Shown here one piece after another: positions 55,101 to 64,000 of a DNA stretch of 64,000 nt. The position numbers were made by a program, and so were the translations under genes. Below the pieces are notes generated by a model. That model saw nothing but the letters and a program-made list of their open reading frames with translations. It had not been told where the DNA came from and did not search any database. The DNA lies in NCBI GenBank assembly GCA_963514005.1, contig OY740811.1, positions 27,652,001 through 27,716,000 on the forward strand. The letters are read 5' to 3'. This DNA is from Raja brachyura. Lineage: Eukaryota. Within the stretch, counting starts at the first letter, position 1. Every line of letters begins with the position of its first letter.

Positions 55101-58100
55101 ATTGACAACTGCTTCATCTGTTAGTGTGTCCCCATCTGAAACCCACCTAACAACAACACCACTATCATCGCCAATTCAGTCCTCAGCAGAGACCTATCCA
55201 ACAAAACAAACATCCACAAACAAACCTTCATCAGAAACACATCCAACAACAGTGGAATCATCAAGCACACAGCATACAACACAAGCACATCAAAGCTCAA
55301 CTGAAGTTTCATCAGTCACTGTGTCGCCAGTTGAATCCCACTCCACAACCTCATCATCTTCATTGGTTACTGAATCCCCGTCAGAAACACATTCAACATC
55401 TGCACAAGCATCAGTGACAACTGAAACTTCATCGGAATCCCATCCAACTACACATGCATCTCGAATCACAATGTCCTCTTCAGAAAGACAGCCAACAGCA
55501 CATGAATCATCAAGTACAGAGCAGACAACACAAACTCATGGAACAACATCTGAAATTTCCTCACAAAGTGCGTCCTCATCAAAATCCCTCGCAACAGCAA
55601 CAACGTCACCTTTGGTCACTGAGAGCTCAACGGTAACTTATTCTCAATCATCGCAAATCTCATCCTCCAACAAATCTGCAATAGTATCACATCCAACGAC
55701 AGAAGAATCATCGATCACCGTCTCCTCACCTGAAGCACATCAGACAAATACACAGGAACCATTTACATCGACATATCCAAAGACAACACAAGCTTCAACA
55801 GAAACTATTTTGACAACAGAAACACATTTAACAACACCAATCTCAAAGCAAACGGAGCCTCCATCAGTAACCTATCCACGCACAACAGAAGACTTATCCA
55901 CAACAGAATTTTCCTCACCAACACCGAATGGTAGACAGGCATCAGCAACCACATTGTCCACAGCTGAAACACGGTCAGAAACGCAGGAATCAATAAGAAC
56001 GGAGCATTCAACACAAACCTTTGCAAGCACGACACAGAATTCTTCAGAAAGTGTGCCCGTTTCAGAACCACATTTCACAACGCAATTTTCAGCCACGATA
56101 CATTCCTCATCGGAATCATATTCCACATCAGTGAAAGCTTCCTCAACAACAGAACCTTCATCAGAATCACATCCTACAATAGCAGCATCCACAATTGCCA
56201 CATCCTCTCTGGAAACATCTCCAAACACCCAGCAATCTTCAAGGACTGAACTATCAACACAATCCAATCCAAGCACAACCAATGTTTCATCAGTCACCGA
56301 GTCCTCTTCAGAAACACATTTAACAACATCAAGTTTATCACAGGTAACTGAGTCCTCAACAGAAACATATTCCACATCGACACAGGTCACATCAAAAACT
56401 GAATCACCCTCAGAAAGCCATCAGACCACTGAAGTGCCTTCAAGCTCCTTGACCTCATCAAAAACACATCCAACAACATCACCGGAATCATCATCAACGG
56501 AGCTTCCAACAACAGCATATCCAACATTGACAACTGCTTCATCTGTTAGTGTGTCCCCATCTGAAACCCACCTAACAACAACACCACTATCATCGCCAAT
56601 TCAGTCCTCAGCAGAGACCTATCCAACAACACAAACATCCACAAACAAACCTTCATCAGAAACACATCCAACAACAGTGGAATCATCAAGCACACAGCAT
56701 ACAACACAAGCACATCAAAGCTCAACTGAAGTTTCATCAGTCACTACGTCGCCAGTTGAATCCCACTCCACAACCTCATCATCTTCATTGGTTACTGAAT
56801 CCCCGTCAGAAACACATTCAACATCTGCACAAGCATCAGTGACAACTGAAACTTCATCGGAATCCCATCCAACTACACATTCATCTCGAATCACAATGTC
56901 CTCTTCAGAAAGACAGCCAACAGCACATGAATCATCAAGTACAGAGCAGACAACACAAACTCATGGAACAACATCTGAAATTTCCTCAGAAAGTGCGTCC
57001 TCATCAAAATCCCTCGCAACAGCAACAACGTCACCTTTGGTCACTGAGAGCTCAACGGTAACTTATTCTCAATCATCGCAAATCACATCCTCCAACAAAT
57101 CTGCAATAGTATCACATTCAACGACAGAAGAATCATCGATCACCGTCTCCTCACCTGAAGCACATCAGACAAATACACAGGAACCATTTACATCGACATA
57201 TCCAAAGACAACACAAGCTTCAACAGAAACTATTTTGACAACAGAAACACATTTAACAACACCAATCTCAAAGCAAACGGAGCCTCCATCAGTAACCTAT
57301 CCACGCACAACAGAAGACTTATCCACAACAGAATTTTCCTCACCAACACCGAATGGTAGACAGGCATCAGCAACCACATTGTCCACAGCTGAAACACGGT
57401 CAGAAACGCAGGAATCAATAAGAACGGAGCATTCAACACAAACCTTTGCAAGCACGACACAGAATTCTTCAGAAAGTGTGCCCGTTTCAGAACCACATTT
57501 CACAACGCAATTTTCAGCCACGATACATTCCTCATCGGAATCATATTCCACATCAGTGAAAGCTTCCTCAACAACAGAACCTTCATCAGAATCACATCCT
57601 ACAATAGCAGCATCCACAATTGCCACATCCTCTCTGGAAACATCTCCAAACACCCAGCAATCTTCAAGGACTGAACTATCAACACAATCCAATCCAAGCA
57701 CAACCAATGTTTCATCAGTCACCGAGTCCTCTTCAGAAACACATTTAACAACATCAAGTTTATCACAGGTAACTGAGTCCTCAACAGAAACATATTCCAC
57801 ATCGACACAGGTCACATCAAAAACTGAATCACCCTCAGAAAGCCATCAGACCACTGAAGTGCCTTCAAGCTCCTTGACCTCATCAAAAACACATCCAACA
57901 ACATCACCGGAATCATCATCAACGGAGCTTCCAACAACAGCATATCCAACATTGACAACTGCTTCATCTGTTAGTGTGTCCCCATCTGAAACCCACCTAA
58001 CAACAACACCACTATCATCGCCAATTCAGTCCTCAGCAGAGACCTATCCAACAACACAAACATCCACAAACAAACCTTCATCAGAAACACATCCAACAAC

Positions 58101-61100
58101 AGTGGAATCATCAAGCACACAGCATACAACACAAGCACATCAAAGCTCAACTGAAGTTTCATCAGTCACTACGTCGCCAGTTGAATCCCACTCCACAACC
58201 TCATCATCTTCATTGGTTACTGAATCCCCGTCAGAAACACATTCAACATCTGCACAAGCATCAGTGACAACTGAAACTTCATCGGAATCCCATCCAACTA
58301 CACATTCATCTCGAATCACAATGTCCTCTTCAGAAAGACAGCCAACAGCACATGAATCATCAAGTACAGAGCAGACAACACAAACTCATGGAACAACATC
58401 TGAAATTTCCTCAGAAAGTGCGTCCTCATCAAAATCCCTCGCAACAGCAACAACGTCACCTTTGGTCACTGAGAGCTCAACGGTAACTTATTCTCAATCA
58501 TCGCAAATCACATCCTCCAACAAATCTGCAATAGTATCACATTCAACGACAGAAGAATCATCGATCACCGTCTCCTCACCTGAAGCACATCAGACAAATA
58601 CACAGGAACCATTTACATCGACATATCCAAAGACAACACAAGCTTCAACAGAAACTATTTTGACAACAGAAACACATTTAACAACACCAATCTCAAAGCA
58701 AACGGAGCCTCCATCAGTAACCTATCCACGCACAACAGAAGACTTATCCACAACAGAATTTTCCTCACCAACACCGAATGGTAGACAGGCATCAGCAACC
58801 ACATTGTCCACAGCTGAAACACGGTCAGAAACGCAGGAATCAATAAGAACGGAGCATTCAACACAAACCTTTGCAAGCACGACACAGAATTCTTCAGAAA
58901 GTGTGCCCGTTTCAGAACCACATTTCACAACGCAATTTTCAGCCACGATACATTCCTCATCGGAATCATATTCCACATCAGTGAAAGCTTCCTCAACAAC
59001 AGAACCTTCATCAGAATCACATCCTACAATAGCAGCATCCACAATTGCCACATCCTCTCTGGAAACATCTCCAAACACCCAGCAATCTTCAAGGACTGAA
59101 CTATCAACACAATCCAATCCAAGCACAACCAATGTTTCATCAGTCACCGAGTCCTCTTCAGAAACACATTTAACAACATCAAGTTTATCACAGGTAACTG
59201 AGTCCTCAACAGAAACATATTCCACATCGACACAGGTCACATCAAAAACTGAATCACCCTCAGAAAGCCATCAGACCACTGAAGTGCCTTCAAGCTCCTT
59301 GACCTCATCAAAAACACATCCAACAACATCACCGGAATCATCATCAACGGAGCTTCCAACAACAGCATATCCAACATTGACAACTGCTTCATCTGTTAGT
59401 GTGTCCCCATCTGAAACCCACCTAACAACAACACCACTATCATCGCCAATTCAGTCCTCAGCAGAGACCTATCCAACAACACAAACATCCACAAACAAAC
59501 CTTCATCAGAAACACATCCAACAACAGTGGAATCATCAAGCACACAGCATACAACACAAGCACATCAAAGCTCAACTGAAGTTTCATCAGTCACTGCGTC
59601 GCCAGTTGAATCCCACTCCACAACCTCATCATCTTCATTGGTTACTGAATCCCCGTCAGAAACACATTCAACATCTGCACAAGCATCAGTGACAACTGAA
59701 ACTTCATCGGAATCCCATCCAACTACACATGCATCTCGAATCACAATGTCCTCTTCAGAAAGACAGCCAACAGCACATGAATCATCAAGTACAGAGCAGA
59801 CAACACAAACTCATGGAACAACATCTGAAATTTCCTCAGAAAGTGCGTCCTCATCAAAATCCCTCGCAACAGCAACAACGTCACCTTTGGTCACTGAGAG
59901 CTCAACGGTAACTTATTCTCAATCATCGCAAATCACATCCTCCAACAAATCTGCAATAGTATCACATTCAACGACAGAAGAATCATCGATCACCGTCTCC
60001 TCACCTGAAGCACATCAGACAAATACACAGGAACCATTTACATCGACATATCCAAAGACAACACAAGCTTCAACAGAAACTATTTTGACAACAGAAACAC
60101 ATTTAACAACACCAATCTCAAAGCAAACGGAGCCTCCATCAGTAACCTATCCACGCACAACAGAAGACTTATCCACAACAGAATTTTCCTCACCAACACC
60201 GAATGGTAGACAGGCATCAGCAACCACATTGTCCACAGCTGAAACACGGTCAGAAACGCAGGAATCAATAAGAACGGAGCATTCAACACAAACCTTTGCA
60301 AGCACGACACAGAATTCTACAGAAAGTGTGCCCGTTTCAGAACCACATTTCACAACGCAATTTTCAGCCACGATACATTCCTCATCGGAATCATATTCCA
60401 CATCAGTGAAAGCTTCCTCAACAACAGAACCTTCATCAGAATCACATCCTACAATAGCAGCATCCACAATTGCCACATCCTCTCTGGAAACATCTCCAAA
60501 CACCCAGCAATCTTCAAGGACTGAACTATCAACACAATCCAATCCAAGCACAACCAATGTTTCATCAGTCACCGAGTCCTCTTCAGAAACACATTTAACA
60601 ACATCAAGTTTATCACAGGTAACTGAGTCCTCAACAGAAACATATTCCACATCGACACAGGTCACATCAAAAACTGAATCACCCTCAGAAAGCCATCAGA
60701 CCACTGAAGTGCCTTCAAGCTCCTTGACCTCATCAAAAACACATCCAACAACATCACCGGAATCATCATCAACGGAGCTTCCAACAACAGCATATCCAAC
60801 ATTGACAACTGCTTCATCTGTTAGTGTGTCCCCATCTGAAACCCACCTAACAACAACACCACTATCATCGCCAATTCAGTCCTCAGCAGAGACCTATCCA
60901 ACAACACAAACATCCACAAACAAACCTTCATCAGAAACACATCCAACAACAGTGGAATCATCAAGCACACAGCATACAACACAAGCACATCAAAGCTCAA
61001 CTGAAGTTTCATCAGTCACTGCGTCGCCAGTTGAATCCCACTCCACAACCTCATCATCTTCATTGGTTACTGAATCCCCGTCAGAAACACATTCAACATC

Positions 61101-64000
61101 TGCACAAGCATCAGTGACAACTGAAACTTCATCGGAATCCCATCCAACTACACATGCATCTCGAATCACAATGTCCTCTTCAGAAAGACAGCCAACAGCA
61201 CATGAATCATCAAGTACAGAGCAGACAACACAAACTCATGGAACAACATCTGAAATTTCCTCAGAAAGTGCGTCCTCATCAAAATCCCTCGCAACAGCAA
61301 CAACGTCACCTTTGGTCACTGAGAGCTCAACGGTAACTTATTCTCAATCATCGCAAATCACATCCTCCAACAAATCTGCAATAGTATCACATTCAACGAC
61401 AGAAGAATCATCGATCACCGTCTCCTCACCTGAAGCACATCAGACAAATACACAGGAACCATTTACATCGACATATCCAAAGACAACACAAGCTTCAACA
61501 GAAACTATTTTGACAACAGAAACACATTTAACAACACCAATCTCAAAGCAAACGGAGCCTCCATCAGTAACCTATCCACGCACAACAGAAGACTTATCCA
61601 CAACAGAATTTTCCTCACCAACACCGAATGGTAGACAGGCATCAGCAACCACATTGTCCACAGCTGAAACACGGTCAGAAACGCAGGAATCAATAAGAAC
61701 GGAGCATTCAACACAAACCTTTGCAAGCACGACACAGAATTCTTCAGAAAGTGTGCCCGTTTCAGAACCACATTTCACAACGCAATTTTCAGCCACGATA
61801 CATTCCTCATCGGAATCATATTCCACATCAGTGAAAGCTTCCTCAACAACAGAACCTTCATCAGAATCACATCCTACAATAGCAGCATCCACAATTGCCA
61901 CATCCTCTCTGGAAACATCTCCAAACACCCAGCAATCTTCAAGGACTGAACTATCAACACAATCCAATCCAAGCACAACCAATGTTTCATCAGTCACCGA
62001 GTCCTCTTCAGAAACACATTTAACAACATCAAGTTTATCACAGGTAACTGAGTCCTCAACAGAAACATATTCCACATCGACACAGGTCACATCAAAAACT
62101 GAATCACCCTCAGAAAGCCATCAGACCACTGAAGTGCCTTCAAGCTCCTTGACCTCATCAAAAACACATCCAACAACATCACCGGAATCATCATCAACGG
62201 AGCTTCCAACAACAGCATATCCAACATTGACAACTGCTTCATCTGTTAGTGTGTCCCCATCTGAAACCCACCTAACAACAACACCACTATCATCGCCAAT
62301 TCAGTCCTCAGCAGAGACCTATCCAACAACACAAACATCCACAAACAAACCTTCATCAGAAACACATCCAACAACAGTGGAATCATCAAGCACACAGCAT
62401 ACAACACAAGCACATCAAAGCTCAACTGAAGTTTCATCAGTCACTGTGTCGCCAGTTGAATCCCACTCCACAACCTCATCATCTTCATTGGTTACTGAAT
62501 CCCCGTCAGAAACACATTCAACATCTGCACAAGCATCAGTGACAACTGAAACTTCATCGGAATCCCATCCAACTACACATGCATCTCGAATCACAATGTC
62601 CTCTTCAGAAAGACAGCCAACAGCACATGAATCATCAAGTACAGAGCAGACAACACAAACTCATGGAACAACATCTGAAATTTCCTCAGAAAGTGCGTCC
62701 TCATCAAAATCCCTCGCAACAGCAACAACGTCACCTTTGGTCACTGAGAGCTCAACGGTAACTTATTCTCAATCATCGCAAATCACATCCTCCAACAAAT
62801 CTGCAATAGTATCACATCCAACGACAGAAGAATCATCGATCACCGTCTCCTCACCTGAAGCACATCAGACAAATACACAGGAACCATTTACATCGACATA
62901 TCCAAAGACAACACAAGCTTCAACAGAAACTATTTTGACAACAGAAACACATTTAACAACACCAATCTCAAAGCAAACGGAGCCTCCATCAGTAACCTAT
63001 CCACGCACAACAGAAGACTTATCCACAACAGAATTTTCCTCACCAACACCGAATGGTAGACAGGCATCAGCAACCACATTGTCCACAGCTGAAACACGGT
63101 CAGAAACGCAGGAATCAATAAGAACGGAGCATTCAACACAAACCTTTGCAAGCACGACACAGAATTCTTCAGAAAGTGTGCCCGTTTCAGAACCACATTT
63201 CACAACGCAATTTTCAGCCACGATACATTCCTCATCGGAATCATATTCCACATCAGTGAAAGCTTCCTCAACAACAGAACCTTCATCAGAATCACATCCT
63301 ACAATAGCAGCATCCACAATTGCCACATCCTCTCTGGAAACATCTCCAAACACCCAGCAATCTTCAAGGACTGAACTATCAACACAATCCAATCCAAGCA
63401 CAACCAATGTTTCATCAGTCACCGAGTCCTCTTCAGAAACACATTTAACAACATCAAGTTTATCACAGGTAACTGAGTCCTCAACAGAAACATATTCCAC
63501 ATCGACACAGGTCACATCAAAAACTGAATCACCCTCAGAAAGCCATCAGACCACTGAAGTGCCTTCAAGCTCCTTGACCTCATCAAAAACACATCCAACA
63601 ACATCACCGGAATCATCATCAACGGAGCTTCCAACAACAGCATATCCAACATTGACAACTGCTTCATCTGTTAGTGTGTCCCCATCTGAAACCCACCTAA
63701 CAACAACACCACTATCATCGCCAATTCAGTCCTCAGCAGAGACCTATCCAACAACACAAACATCCACAAACAAACCTTCATCAGAAACACATCCAACAAC
63801 AGTGGAATCATCAAGCACACAGCATACAACACAAGCACATCAAAGCTCAACTGAAGTTTCATCAGTCACTGCGTCGCCAGTTGAATCCCACTCCACAACC
63901 TCATCATCTTCATTGGTTACTGAATCCCCGTCAGAAACACATTCAACATCTGCACAAGCATCAGTGACAACTGAAACTTCATCGGAATCCCATCCAACTA
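40169..64000 (+). CDS. Giant mucin-type PTS exon (partial, continues past the window end) of a very large mucin-like glycoprotein
   Basis: Frame 1 is open from the last stop at 40102-40104 to 64000. The acceptor ttcaattttcattgatAG|CG follows a ~100-nt AG-free zone (40067-40166). The translation begins (A)DHSSSTNVTPRRDSTSESNQTTEPS..., then repeats such as VTESSSETHLTTSSLSQVTESSTETYSTSTQVTSKTESPSESHQTT. It is about half Ser+Thr, rich in Glu/Pro/His, with no Cys in the unit I translated in full (41821-43245). Confidence 0.92.
40396..64000 (+). repeat. Coding tandem array, period 1425 bp (475 codons), ~16.6 units in the window
   Basis: Shadow-ORF markers recur at exactly 1425-bp spacing (40715, 42140, 43565 ... 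63515; 17 occurrences). Units differ only by scattered substitutions. The first unit lacks 18 bp near 40470. Confidence 0.98.

Noticed and set aside
40413-63862. Recurring 172-, 88- and 63-aa minus-strand ORFs and 60-aa plus-strand ORFs in the ORF track
   Set aside because: They are antisense or off-frame shadows of the Ser/Thr-rich mucin frame. Their Val/Asp/Cys-rich composition mirrors ACA/TCA codons, and they appear or disappear with single substitutions.
40396-64000. Interpretation as a non-coding satellite, rDNA/snRNA cluster or CRISPR-like array
   Set aside because: The period is a multiple of 3 with one frame fully open, strong codon-like strand asymmetry and a splice acceptor at the start. 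There is no RNA-gene signature and no repeat-spacer structure.
17309-64000. Assigning a specific gene symbol (MUC3/17, MUC4, MUC16, HEG1, etc.)
   Set aside because: PTS domains are not diagnostic, and the C-terminal domains and synteny lie outside the window.

Overview
Vertebrate genomic DNA, most likely a cartilaginous fish such as a skate or ray. This is inferred from the repeat set: CR1-clade LINE 3' fragments, V-SINE/HE1-like SINEs, Penelope-like termini and Rex1/Babar fragments. The dominant feature is absent from the ORF track because it has no stop codon inside the window. It is one plus-strand reading frame starting at a phase-1 splice acceptor at 40169 and running off the window end (>=23.8 kb, >=7,900 codons). 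It encodes a Ser/Thr-rich, Cys-free mucin (PTS) domain made of ~16.6 near-identical 1425-bp (475-aa) tandem units. A phase-compatible signal-peptide exon (17309-17411) lies in a CpG-rich segment 22.8 kb upstream. A second, unidentified gene appears to run divergently on the minus strand, with candidate exons at ~14446-14600, 10561-10661 and 232-379, and may encode a secreted protein. The rest of 1-40 kb is intronic or intergenic and dense in retroelement fragments, including a young L1 with target-site duplications, a non-autonomous Helitron, and Penelope-derived hammerhead-like motifs. All calls were made by eye, without database searches.
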